From Felis catus (taxonomy: Eukaryota), in NCBI RefSeq assembly GCF_018350175.1, contig NC_058368.1:106394001-106458000 (forward strand): a stretch of 64,000 nucleotides of DNA. Direction: 5' to 3'. Position 1 is the first letter of the stretch. Every line of letters starts with the position of its first letter. Made by a program: the position numbers and the translations under genes. Below, piece after piece: positions 51,602-63,471 of the stretch. Under the pieces are notes generated by a model. That model was not told the origin of the DNA and searched no databases. It saw only the letters and a program-made list of their open reading frames with translations.

Positions 51602-51812
51602 GGGGCACCTGGGTGCCTTAGTTGGTTAAGCATCTGACTTCAGCTCAGGTCATGATCTCTCGGTCCATGAGTTCAAGCCCCGCATCGGGCTCTGTACTGA
51701 CAGCTAGAGCTTAGAGCCTGCTTTAGATTTTGTGCCTCCTTGTCTCTCTCTCTCTGCCCCTTGTCAACTCATGGTCTGTCTCTCTCTCCAAAATAAACAA
51801 ACATTAAAAAAA
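51602..51812 (+). mobile_element. CanSINE
   Basis: Consensus body. Confidence 0.92.
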
Positions 51813-51892
51813 TTTTTTTGAATTCCATTTAATGTAGTTAAATATTGTTATAATTTTCAGGGCATAAATGATGCTCACATCCGAAAGCTTGT

Positions 51893-52104
51893 GTTTGTTT
51901 GTTTGTTTGTTTATTTATTTATTTATTTATTGAGAAAGAACACGTGAGAGAGGGGCAGAGAGAGAGAGAGGGAGAGAGAATCTTAAACAGGCTCCATGCT
52001 CAGCACAGAGCCCTGTTTTGGGCTCTACCCCACAAAACTGGGATCATGACCTGAACTGAAATCAAGGGTCAGATCCTCAACCAGCTAAGCCACCCAGGTG
52101 CCCC
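51893..52104 (-). mobile_element. CanSINE with (GTTT)n(ATTT)n tail
   Basis: Consensus body. Confidence 0.9.
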
Positions 52105-52569
52105 AAGGCTAATTAATGTTTTTAATAGTCTAAAATATCTTTATTTTTGGTAACAATTAAAGTAATACATGCATTTTTAGCTTACACAAAACAGTGAAAT
52201 TCATTAAGTAGAAAGTGAATGCTTTCAGTATTAAGGGTGGATTTTATGAGATGAAATAGAAATATTTGTCAATTATAGTAAAAATAAAAGAGTGATTTTA
52301 CATTTTACCAGGATGTTTTCATAGAGTTTGCCAACAAAATCTGTCCAATTTCCTTGATTTGTAACTACTGGTTATAGAACTCTAAAACCTATTCTTTTAC
52401 CAATTCTGTAATGTTACTTCATAAAACCTGAGGAAGTATTTGTTCTTGATTATCAGAGGTTAAAAGAAAGACTTGCTTAATCCTTTGAAATCTCAGTCTT
52501 TTTCCTGTTGCTGTTTGACCTTCACAGACTTCCCATCCTCTATTCCAGACTTTTCATTCACTAATTTTC

Positions 52570-53270
52570 ATCCCTCCGTTCATTTACTGAACGCTTATTT
52601 ATTAAGGACCTATTATATGCCACACATTAGATAAGAACCTTGACTTCATGCAGTGATAGTCTCTTGGGAGAAAGAGACACAAACACAAAGCACCTTCTCA
52701 ACAAGCATTGTGGAGACCAAATGTGTTACATACATCTCTGAAATAAGAATGGACAAGGGAGGGGTCAGGATGATGTAACACAAGGCTGAAGACTGAAGCT
52801 GAAGGAAGCATGGGAGGGATTGAGGGGCCGAGAGACAGGAAGAGAATGTGAGGTCAAGGGTGGACATGCTCAAAGATCCAAGGAAGGGAATGTCCATCTA
52901 CCTTATTAGAGACTTAGAGAAAACCAGGATGGTACCAATGGTGGGCAGGGGGCTTCATCATGCCACGTGAGCCTGAGGAGAGACTCCACAGTGAGGGGTA
53001 GTTTGGTTTATCTTGGAGCATATAGAATTCATGGAAGTTTCTAGGGTCATGTGTTTTGCTTTGTGCACTGAAAAGATGACTCTGTAGTGTGGTGTGGTGA
53101 GGGAAGGACAGATCATGGAGTCATGGTAAAAGTCGGAGTGGATGGGGGGAAAGTAGAAAGATTTTTGAGATAAAATCCACCTTACGTGGTAGGTTGGATG
53201 TGAATGAAGGATGGGAGGAAGAAGTGTCAGGAGTGATGATTAGGATTTGAGCTCTCTACAACTAAATAGA
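52570..53270. mobile_element. L2 fragments
   Basis: CATTTACTGAACGCTTATTTATTAAG; GAAAAGATGACTCTG; TTGGATGTG..GGAGGAAGAAGTGTCAGG. Confidence 0.55.
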
Positions 53271-53280
53271 TACTGTTGTC

Positions 53281-53505
53281 TTTTTTTTTTAAAGATTTAA
53301 AAATATTTTAAAGTTTATTTTGAGAGAGAGAGACTGCATCTGTGGGCAGGGGAGGACAGAAGGAAAAGGAGAGAGAGAATCCCAAGCAGGCTCTGAGCTG
53401 TTAGTGCAGAGACTGATATGGGGCTCAATCCTACCAATCTTGAGATTATGACCTAAACTGAAATTGAGAGTTGGAGGCTCAACCAACTGACCCACCCAGG
53501 TGTCC
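53281..53505 (-). mobile_element. CanSINE (older)
   Basis: TSD TAGATACTG(TTG/CTA)TC. Confidence 0.9.
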
Positions 53506-53583
53506 GTAGATACTGCTATCTTTAACTGAAGGAAGGAAACAAGCTCCTCTAAATTATCAAAACCTTTAGAATCACGCAGGCCA

Positions 53584-53807
53584 GGGGCGCCTGGGTGGCT
53601 CAGTCATTTGGGCATCCGGCTTCGGCTCAGGTCATGATCTCACCGTTTGTGAATTCAAGCCCTGTGGTGGGCTCTGTGCTGACATCTCAGAGCCTGGCGC
53701 CTGCTTCAGATTCTGTGTCTCCCTCTCTCTTTGCCCCTCCCCTGGTCATGCTCCTGGTCTCTCTCTGTCTCTCAAAAATAAATAAACAATTTAAAAAATT
53801 TGAAAAA
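53584..53807 (+). mobile_element. CanSINE
   Basis: TSD-like AGAATCAC(G/T)CAGG. Confidence 0.93.
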
Positions 53808-53892
53808 GAATCACTCAGGGTAAGTTGACATAACCTACCCTGTAAGTGACTAATCCGCTGGCATCACCTGGTAGGGTAACATGAGCTTTTTA

Positions 53893-53949
53893 TTTATTTA
53901 TTTATTTTATTTTTTTATTTTTTTTTTTTTAACGTTTATTTATTTTTGG

Positions 53950-53991
<42 letters not shown>

Positions 53992-54156
53992 ATGAACGGG
54001 GGAAGGGCAGAGAGAGAGGGAGACACAGAATCAGAAACAGGCTCCAGGCTCTGAGCCATCAGCCCAAAGCCCGACGCGGGGCTCGAACTCACAGACCGCG
54101 AGATCGTGACCTGGCTGAAGTCGGACGCTTAACCGACTGCGCCACCCAGGCGCCCC
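53893..54156 (-). mobile_element. Young felid CanSINE
   Basis: Perfect TSD TAACATGAGCTTTTTA at 53877-53892 and 54157-54172; CpG-rich. Confidence 0.96.
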
Positions 54157-54660
54157 TAACATGAGCTTTTTAAAAGGACATTTCTTAGCTGATATCTCAG
54201 TGCAGTGAAGTGCCTTTGGAGTATTACAGACCAGAATATGGGGGCATGGATTATTCTTAGTGTTTCTCTTTTTCTGTCATTCAGGTTCACCTTGAAAACA
54301 TGATAGAGGTCCCTACATGCCACAATAATCAATGTATTGAGGTATTATGCTATTTGTCCCAATGGGGTTTTAAACCACTATCTTAGATTACTTATAATAG
54401 GAGATCGATATTACAGGCTACTTCTCATTCCAAAAGATGAAATACTATTTAGTGTAAATTGTCTAAATAAGAAAGCCATCCTATTAAGCCTCAAATCACG
54501 TTTCTTGTGTATTAATAGGAACTTAATAACCCCTTTTCTATTTTCCTCCACGAGATGTGTGAAAGAACAATTTTAACTGCCTGATTTTTGTTGTTGTTGT
54601 TTATTGAAATGTTCAAACTCCAAATGATGTTGAATCACCTAAACCCTCAGCATTGTGATC

Positions 54661-54818
54661 CATTTATTTTAAACCGGGGAGGAGCAAAGGGAGAGAAAAA
54701 ATCACAAGCAGGCTCCATGCTGTCAGCAGGAAGCCCAGTGCAGGGCTGGATCCCACCAACCATGACATCGTGACTCCAGCTGAAGTCAGTCGCTCAACCA
54801 ACTGAACCCAGGAGCCCC
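54661..54818 (-). mobile_element. CanSINE, diverged
   Basis: CAAGCAGGCTCCATGCTGTCAGC...CCCAGGAGCCCC. Confidence 0.85.
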
Positions 54819-54871
54819 TAAAGCTGGTATTTCTTCTTATCTACCGGTCATGTTAGAAAATAGGAAAGTCT

Positions 54872-55078
54872 GCACACCTGGGTGGCTCACTTGGTTGAGT
54901 GTCCGACTTCAGCTCAGGTTACTATCTCACAGTTCATGAGTTTGAGCCCCATGTCAGGCTCTGTGCTGACAGCTCAGAGCCTGGAGCCTGATTCCGATTC
55001 TGTGTCTCCCTCTCTGTCTGTCCCTCTCCTCTCACACTCTGTCTCTTTCTCTTAAAAATAAATAAACATTAAAAAAAA
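54872..55078 (+). mobile_element. CanSINE
   Basis: TSD AGAAAATAGGAAA(A)GT. Confidence 0.92.
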
Positions 55079-55683
55079 CCCAGAAAATAGGAAAAGTAAT
55101 GTGTGGTTGTGGAATATAGAAGCATGATACTGTGCCAGAGTCAAATGTGATATTGCTTATATAATATATATGTTAAGTGTTGGGGGAATATACATATATA
55201 CATACACACAATGCTTTATGGGTCCACCTTGAAGTATAATTCTCAGGAGGAAAAGAATAGTATGAAATAGGTAACCCAATAACATTTATTAAATATAGAC
55301 ACACAAAGAACAATAAAATTTTTAGAAGAACATACCATAACTGAAAGACACACAATAAATTCATTAGAACAACTGTCTGTGAAGTAGGACAGGGGTATGG
55401 AAATTGAGAATGAGGATAAAAGAGAGTCAGTAATCACATAATGGAGAGGGGACATTGAACAGATGAACTGCAATAATGTTCATTGCGTTGAGATAGCTGA
55501 CTTATTCCTCCCCACCTGCTAGTCCTGCCTCATGAAAAAAATAGAGGCTTATATTAGAAATTACATAAAGGTGCACAGACAGAAATAAAATATTCTTACC
55601 ATCCTATGGTTTAAGAATTCCTACTTAGGTATAAGCTTTGCCTCATAGTAGTCTGTAAAAGTAAATAAATTTTAATGTTTCTC

Positions 55684-55856
55684 TTAATTTTTAATGTTTA
55701 TTTATTTTTGACAGACAATGTGTGCAAGCAAGGGAAAGGCAGATGGGGTGGGGGTGCCGGCAGAGGATTCCAACTGGCCTCTGTGCTGAGGGCAGTGAGC
55801 AACTGTCAGTGGGGCTGTGGTCAAGTGCTTAACTGACTGAGGTGCTCAGGTGCCCC
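55684..55856 (-). mobile_element. CanSINE, highly diverged
   Basis: TTTTTAATGTTTATTTATTTTTGA...CTTAACTGACTGAG..CAGGTGCCCC. Confidence 0.8.
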
Positions 55857-55986
55857 TTAATGTTTTTATTACACAAAGCACCCAAATCTCTTATTCTTGG
55901 TTTTTTGGGTTGCTTTGAATATTTTATTACTGCAAATAAAAAATGCTAAGAATATCTATGTGATTAAAATATAATCGTATCTTACT

Positions 55987-56208
55987 TTTTTTTTTTTTTT
56001 TCCAACGTTTTTATTTATTTTTGGGACAGAGAGAGACAGAGCATGAACGGGGGAGGGGCAGAGAGAGAGGGAGACACAGAATCGGAAACAGGCTCCAGGC
56101 TCCGAGCCATCAGCCCAGAGCCTGACGCGGGGCTCGAACTCACAAGACTGCGAGATCCTGACCTGGCTGAAGTCGGATGCTTAACCAACTGTGCCACCCA
56201 GGCGCCCC
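55987..56208 (-). mobile_element. Young felid CanSINE
   Basis: Perfect TSD AATCGTATCTTACTTTT. Confidence 0.96.
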
Positions 56209-56351
56209 AATCGTATCTTACTTTTTAAGGAAATTTTTAATTACTCAGTATTCTTGACAGGTTTAAGGTTTTTGATAACACTGCTCTATTTTCTCTAATA
56301 ACATAACACCAGTACATAGCCTCAACCTTCCTTTTTCTAAAACTTAAATTT

Positions 56352-56464
56352 GGGGTACTTGGGTGGCTCAGTTGGTTGAGCATCCCACTCTTGGTTTTGG
56401 CCTAAGTCATGATCCCAGGGTTGTGGGATCGAGCCCTGTGTCGGGCTTCATATCAGGGGCACAC

Positions 56465-56511
<47 letters not shown>

Positions 56512-56538
56512 ATAAAAAAAAATTAAAAAAATTAAAAA
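56352..56538 (+). mobile_element. CanSINE with (CT)n
   Basis: TSD-like AAAAC(T/A)TAAATTT. Confidence 0.9.
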
Positions 56539-56936
56539 CATAAATTTATTACTTTATTTTTTAGCTCTTGTTTCATCATACCTTTGTCTATTTTCTAAAA
56601 ATTTCAACTCATATAAAATACTATTTTATACTTTCAGTCTCCTCTTCCCCCACTGTGTTCTCTTTAGTTCCAGATGTTCTTATTTGGGACTATTATCCTA
56701 TATGCTTGATAAGAAATATATCTTGTATTGTATTGAAAAAGAACATGTACTTGGAAATGTTTTGAAATTTTTTTAACCTTAAAAACTAGATTTTGAGAAC
56801 TTACTCTTTTGGCTTGGGGGAGGGGAATCTTGAATGCTGCAATCAGCATATTTATATCTGAATTTTACACAATGTATAGACTGTGATTTTCTTTGTTCTA
56901 ATACCTGCCTTTTTAAACTCTTTAAAAAAGAGTTTA

Positions 56937-57060
56937 AGTGTGCTTTAAAATTTTATATAGAATTGGCCATTCATTCATAGCTTTTATAGTGTTCAGGGTA
57001 GCAAAGCAGTATTTCAGGTAACTTCTTAGTCTATTGGAAAGCATCACAATAGTTGTAATT
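56937..57060 (+). repeat. Diverged local duplication, copy 1 (partner 58512-58642)
   Basis: Shared colinear blocks AGTGTGCTTTA, ATAGAATTGGCCATT, AGGTAACTT.TTAGTCT.TTGGAA, TTGTAATT. Confidence 0.8.
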
Positions 57061-58511
57061 AAACCTGATGTCAAAACATCAATGTCGGACATCAATGCCA
57101 GTATCAATTGTTCAGACATCTTTGCTGTATCTCCACGTAAGACAGATGAGATCGGGGGTGCACTCATCAGGTAAATACGCCTAGGAATGAATCAGCCATC
57201 ATTTACTGAGCATAGCGTGTGGGTAGCAGATGATGTGTGCACAGTAGGAAAATGGAAGGGAAGAAAAGGCACATCCTTGGTCTTCCAAGAGCCTTTAATT
57301 TGGTTGGGGGAGATAGGACAACATACAGGAAAAGAGTTGGGTTGTAAAGTAGTTGTGTGTTGTCTGGGAAATAGAAGAAATAGTGCTATAGGACTTTGAC
57401 AGACAGTGGTACGGACTAGGGCGGTCAGAGAGAGCATTATGGCAATGCTGACATTTGAAGAACAGGTAACATGGGGAAGGATGAAGAGAAACCCAGAGAG
57501 GGAGTACAGTGCATAAGGGCTGTGGGGGTTTGAAGGAATGAGGAAGGACGTCATAGGTCATGGTGCTCCTGGAATCTCAACAGTGTGATTGAACTGGACA
57601 GCAGTGGGCAGCATCCTCGCAGAGGCTGCAAGGTGGAATGGGGCTGCGTTATAGGGGTGAAAATTTCTCCTTAAAACAGAGAGCTTTCTGCCACTCATGT
57701 GAGGGACCACTGTCCAAACAACTGAAGCTTCCAAGTGTCTGAGTTGAATCAGTTCATTCATTAATCAGTTTACAATAAAAAGCAGGGATGTTGTCTCTAG
57801 TCAGTGTTAGGTGTGGATTTTGACTTGTTGAGTAATAATCTCTGCTTTACAGATGCTTTTCTCAAATATTACTGAAAATAATATTTTTATTTTATTCTCT
57901 GTGGAGGCCAGAGAGGAACTGAATTATTAAGGGAGTAGGAAAAGGCATAGCAAATGATGATAAGAGCAAGTTGCTTTGAATTCAGGAGATGCATCTGTTC
58001 CAGTACTTGTGAAAATGAGATAAGCACCAGTGACATATACCTAGAAATCAAAATGTGATTTAGAATTTCTAAGAGATTGACAAAATGATGACCATGGAAA
58101 GAACAAGATCACCCTCGCTACAAAAAAAAAAAAAAAAAAAAAAGACACTAGAACCCAAGTTCATCCAGGAAAATCAAAGTGATAGGGCCCTGCTTCAACG
58201 TTTTTATTGATTCTTCACATGTTGAGAATCTGACTAGTAAATTGCCAAGCATAACTGATGAGAATGGGGATAAGCATTTTCCATAAATTGCTGAAGTCCT
58301 CTTGTAGCAAAACAGTATGTGTGATCAGCTTCTCTGCTTGATTATTGCAGTGCTGAAACTTGAAAATGGCTTGCCTTAGGTCTTATATTAAATTCCAGAA
58401 CTTGGGCTGGAAAGGGAGGAGGCTGAAACCCAGGTAGTAGAGTTTTTAATCTGAGGTTGCCTGGATTACTTGTGGCAATCCCAAAAGGGCAAGTTGTGTT
58501 TTACAGCTTTG

Positions 58512-58642
58512 AGTGTGCTTTAGAAATTTTATAGAATTGGCCATTTATGCCTAGTTTTCAAATATAGTATTTAGTATAGAAAATAAATGTTTAAGGTAAC
58601 TTTTTAGTCTGTTGGAAGACATGATCTATAATACTTGTAATT
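58512..58642 (+). repeat. Diverged local duplication, copy 2
   Basis: See copy 1; a SINE is inserted at its 3' end. Confidence 0.8.
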
Positions 58643-58733
58643 TTATTTTTATTTATTTTAATTTTATTTTTTAAAGTTTATTTTGAGAGAGCGAGAGAGT
58701 GGGAGGGAGGACACAAGTAGGGGAAGTGCAGAG

Positions 58734-58795
<62 letters not shown>

Positions 58796-58920
58796 AGAAT
58801 CCTAAGCAGCCTCCATGCTGACAGTGCTTGATGTGGGGCTTGAACTCATGAACCGTGAGATCATGACCTGAGCCAAAACTGAGAGCTGGATGCTTAACCG
58901 ACTGAGCCACTCAGGTGCCC
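58641..58920 (-). mobile_element. CanSINE with long (GA)n
   Basis: TSD TATAATAC(T/C)TGTAATTTT. Confidence 0.92.
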
Positions 58921-59171
58921 TTATAATACCTGTAATTTTAGTTGTGAGTGTTAGAGAAGACACCATTTTGGTTCCCCCTTAGCAAGGTGACTGTTCATTC
59001 CCACAGATTCATAATGTTAGAAATAAAAAGAAGAAAACAAGAAATCTGACCATTTTGTCTCGGGTTTTATTCCCTAAACAAAGAAAGGTCTGCATCGTGC
59101 TTCTGTTGGTTTAACCATCTGTAACGTGAATTTGAGCAAGGTTATCCATGGCATTCCTCCTGATCTCTGTT

Positions 59172-59384
59172 AGAGATTGGCAATCTTTTTCTGTATAAAG
59201 CCAGATAGTAAATAATTTGTGCTTTCCAGAAGGGATAGATCATCTCTGTAAAAACCGCTCAGCTCTGATTCTGTAGCCTAAGAGCAGCCATGGATATTAC
59301 GTACCAAGGGGTGAATGTGCTCAGGAAAACTTGACAAAAACAGGTGGTGGGCCCAATTTTCCCAGACCAGTTTGCTGACCCTGA
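59172..59384. mobile_element. MER58A-like hAT-Charlie MITE
   Basis: GATTGGCAATCTTTTTCTGTATAAAGCCAGATAGTAAATA...AAAAACAGGTGGTGGGCC...AGTTTGCTGACCCTG. Confidence 0.8.
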
Positions 59385-59522
59385 TCCTTATTTAAAGAGA
59401 ACCTCAAATAGAGAATAAAGTGAAAGAAATAGAGAATTGGCTATTTCATAACTTCAGGCCATAGTTGACATTACACTTTTCTATTCTTAGTGTGACATTG
59501 ATAGGATTAAAAAACCCAGCAT

Positions 59523-59753
59523 GGGGGCGCCTGGGTGGCGCAGTCGGTTAGGCCTCCGACTTCAGCCAGGTCACGATCTCGCGGTCCGTGAGTTCGAGCC
59601 CCGCGTCGGGCTCTGGGCTGATGGCTCCGAGCCTGGAGCCTGCTTCCGATTCTGTGTCTCCCTCTCTCTCTGCCCCTCCCCCGTTCATGCTCTCTCTCTC
59701 TCTCTCTGTCCCAAAAATAAAAATAAAAGTTGAAAAAAAAAATTAAAAAAAAA
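59523..59753 (+). mobile_element. Young felid CanSINE
   Basis: TSD AAAAAACCCAGCATG; CpG-rich. Confidence 0.96.
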
Positions 59754-59857
59754 CCCAGCATGAATTATTTATATTATTTTGAAAAAGCCTCCATTGGAAT
59801 TAATAATTCTATGAGAATAAAACTCTTAATTTTTAAAAATCTTAATATTATCTATGT

Positions 59858-60083
59858 TTTTTATTTTAAAACTTTTTTTAATGTTTATTTATTTTTGAAA
59901 GACTGAGAGAGACCGGGAATGAGCAGGGGAGGGGCACAGGGAGAAGGAATCATAGAATCCAAAGCAGGCTCCAGGCTCTGAGAGTCAGCACAGAGCCTGA
60001 TGCGGGGCTGGAACCCACGAACCAGGAGATCATGACTCGAGCTGAAGTCAGACAATGAACCGACTGAGTCACCCAGGCGCCCC
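59858..60083 (-). mobile_element. CanSINE
   Basis: TSD TATTATCTAT. Confidence 0.92.
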
Positions 60084-60619
60084 TATTATCTATTTCTTAG
60101 CCAGGAAAAACATGATTTGTTTTCTACAATATGTACTACATATAAGCTTATGCCATTTGTGCAAGTCCTAACCATATCTTAATTTCCTTATTTCAGTTTG
60201 TTTAAAAAATAGGACAAGCCTTTAGTACAAAATGGGTATATTGTCCTGCAGTGGAAAAGCGGGGAGATACCAGCAGAGAAAGGGAAGGCATCCCTGACAT
60301 TACTTATTGCCTTTACTATGTTTGAAAAAAATGGTAGGTAAAGTTTGCAGGCAGAGTGTGTAGATTGTGTCTAAGTGGTGAATGGTGGGTATGGGAAAGG
60401 AGGACATGTGACATCTCCTTAGGACAGGAAAGGAATAAGGAAGGGGAAGAGTGTATAAGTCTTAGGCATTGTGCTACAGTTGTTTGTTCTTGCTGTTGAT
60501 GTTTTGTAAACAGAATTTGTCATAGTAAAACTTTTACTGAGACTTTTCCTTGTTTTGAATATTAAATTCAGGCTCTTGCTTTGCTAGAGTTTTTTGAACT
60601 GTAAAAGCAACCGTGCAAG

Positions 60620-60750
60620 GTATTTTTGCCTCCTTATTTGACTCTGAGAAAACTGAAGCTCAGAAAAGTTAATGTCACAGTAAATAGCAGGGCCGGTATT
60701 GAATCATGAGCCAAGTAATTACGAAGCCCAACCGCCTTCCTCTGTACCAC
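60620..60750. mobile_element. MIR
   Basis: TGAGAAAACTGAAGCTCAGAAAAGTTAA..GTCACAG. Confidence 0.7.
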
Positions 60751-61531
60751 GTTGTACAGATGTGATTCACTAAGGCAGTGGAATGTTTGAGGGAAACATC
60801 AGCATCTTTGAGAAATCTGGAGATGGCTTTCCTGTGCAGTCTGGGCTGACTCTTAGGGATGCATGGCTTTTTTAGTATGAAGGGGAGGGATAATGTTATT
60901 CAGGAATTGTAGAGGCCAGATGGTGCTGCTTAACTCTATGAAGCCAAGTGGACATAATTATTTCAAGAGTTCCTTGACCCACAGATACCTGCAGATGGCC
61001 AATAAGTTCTGTTGTACAAATGGCAAGATTTGTAAATGACTAATTCGGATGTAACTTGGCTTGTATGAAACACCCCTTTCCCCCCGCCCCCAAAAAATCC
61101 AGTCTTGGCAAGCAGGAGGTTGATGTCAGCTGTTGCAATGGAAAAATCAGTTCTTCACCCAGTTTCCAGATCAAAGCCAGTTCACTGACCCAGAACCCAC
61201 TGATTAAAGATCCTTCTGGAAGGACCTTGCAAAACCTCAAGTACATGTGATAAACATTCCTCTGATCCTTTCCTAAAGGAATGCACTGATTTTTGCCAGG
61301 TTAACCGTGCACTAGAATGAGTGCAATATTTAAAGTGACTGCAGATTCTCAGATAGAATTTCTTGAGCTGCTGCTGCTCTTGGACAGTCTGAAACACCAT
61401 CATGGTTCTCCACGTAGAAAGGAAGCTATGGAGATGTTGGACTTCCCTGCCAAGATAATTTTACAGTGCTTCTGGTGGGTACCTGTGCGTAGGGTAATAA
61501 GGATCTACACACTGACCAACAGAAGAGTCAC

Positions 61532-61757
61532 TTTTTTTTTTAATTTTTTTTTTCAACGTTTTTTATTTATTTTTGGGACAGAGAGAGACAGAGCATGAAC
61601 GGGGGAGGGGCAGAGAGAGAGGGAGACACAGAATCGGAAACAGGCTCCAGGCTCGGAGCCATCAGCCCAGAGCCTGACGCGGGGCTCGAACTCACGGACC
61701 GCGAGATCGTGACCTGGCTGAAGTCGGACGCTTAACCGACTACGCCACCCAGGCGCC
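61532..61757 (-). mobile_element. Young felid CanSINE
   Basis: Near consensus, CpG-rich; CACTTTTTTTTT(T)AA flanks. Confidence 0.96.
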
Positions 61758-62804
61758 ACTTTTTTTTAACTGACCTATAAAGTAACAGTCAATAAAAGCC
61801 AAGTAAAAAGTGCCAAATGGGAAACGTTCCATCCTTTCAAAAATTAAGTCTGAAGCAACATCACACACCACCCAAAATTTTGAGATAATCCCTATCTTCA
61901 CAGACTTAAAGGACTTAGGAACAGGGGTTCCCAATATGATATCCTTCAAATTCACCTTTTGGTATGGCCCACCCATAGGTGATTTGATGCCCATCATGAT
62001 GCTGTACTGGACCTGATGTTTTTACTGAAACAGACTGAGAACAGCTCTGACATTTGGAATGTGCTATTTGTTAAGTGCATTCTTTTCAATTCCTATAAGG
62101 GGAATCAATAATAATTTACATTCATATGGAAAGAGAAGCAGGAGATACTTGTTTTCTTGCTTTGGGTATGTTCTCATGGATTTGTGTCACAGCAAAATTT
62201 GCAGGGACCTTTGTCATCTTGCTATTCTATAGGACATCATGCTGGTGAAGTATATTGATGGCATCATGCTAAATAGATCAGGTAGTGGGAGGTGACAAGT
62301 ATTGCACAAGTATTCCAAAACTAGCAAGAAGGTTCATGCTATTACATGCATAATAAGCCCTGTGAAGGCTCAGGGCCAGCAACATCCATGAAGTCTATGG
62401 CTTTGCAGATCATCCCTACCACTTACAACTAATCAGCCGGCAGGGTACACAGTGCTTGGCAGTAATGTGCAGTCCCACTTTTTGGGTGATTTAGAAGACT
62501 ATTAAGTTAGGGGCTTGGAGTAAGGAGGAGGGTCTACAACGGTTTGCTACCATAAAATAAGTGATTGTGCTAGAAGTTTCCTTGAAAGAAAAGGATGCTT
62601 GAGTATCTATGGTAATCCCAGTAGAGAGATGTAGCACAGACTTTGAGAATTTAAAGGAAGGCCTTTTCTTCTGCAGTGGATAACTATTTACCATTTCAAA
62701 AATAGCTCCTGGCCTTTTATGGGATGTTGGTAGACTTAGTGTTTGACCATGCAATGCCAAATGACTATGCAGCTGCTATTACTTACTGTGACTTGAGTTT
62801 CATT

Positions 62805-62805
62805 A

Positions 62806-62840
<35 letters not shown>

Positions 62841-62846
62841 TAATAG
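62805..62846. repeat. (AAT)n microsatellite
   Basis: Directly visible. Confidence 0.9.
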
Positions 62847-62981
62847 TATTTTCTAGCCTTCATTTTAGCAAAGTCACTATGTGGTCATAATCAAGATCTT
62901 TCACATAATTTGTTTATACTAAAAGCCTTGACAAATTGTATTTCCTTTTTCTTCCAGTAGTAATGTAGTATATATTTTTTG

Positions 62982-63471
62982 AGTAATAGTAGGAGACTTG
63001 AGCACTCCATTTAAACCAATGGCTAGATCATTCTTACAGAAAATCAATAAGGAAACAATGTCTTTGCATGACACATTGGATCAGATGCACATAACATATA
63101 TATAGAATAGAACATTCCTTCCCAAAACAACAGAATACCTGTTGTTTTCAAGAGCACATGGAACATTCTCCACAACAGGTGACATATAGGGAATTGAACA
63201 AGCCCTGATAAATTTAAGAAGATGGAAATTACACCATGCATCTTTGCCAACCAAAACTAGTGGGTCAATGAAACAATGAAAGAAGAAACAAAAATACCAG
63301 GGAGCCAAATGAAAATGAAAATACAACGGTCAAAGATCTTTGGGACACAGCAAAAGCAGTTCTAAGAGGGAAGTAGAAGACAAGATAGGCCTAACTCAAG
63401 AAATAATTAAAAGCTCAAATGAACAATCTAAACTTAGACCTAAAGAATCAGAAAAAGAACAAAGCCCAAGG
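62982..63471 (+). mobile_element. LINE-1 ORF2 endonuclease-region fragment (carnivore-like), no 3' end or poly-A
   Basis: CAGAAAATCAATAAGGAAACA; GCACATGGAACATTCTCCA; TGGGACACAGCAAAAGCAGTTCTAAGAGGGAAG. Confidence 0.9.

Noticed and set aside
56934..57167. 77-aa minus-strand ORF MSAPPISS...
   Set aside because: No recognisable domain, overlaps a diverged duplicated non-coding segment, and its length is consistent with chance.
54..61997. Many recurring similar ORFs (MAQSVK...VSSSPASGSVLTAQSLEPASDSVSPSL; GAPGWRSRL...; REREREHE...) that look like a gene family
   Set aside because: They are translations of CanSINE copies in different frames and strands, not proteins.
61056..62016. ORFs MACMKHPF... 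and MPNGKRS... as domesticated retroviral genes
   Set aside because: Short frameshifted remnants of ERV-L gag/pol; the catalytic YIDD has become YIDG and there are numerous stops.
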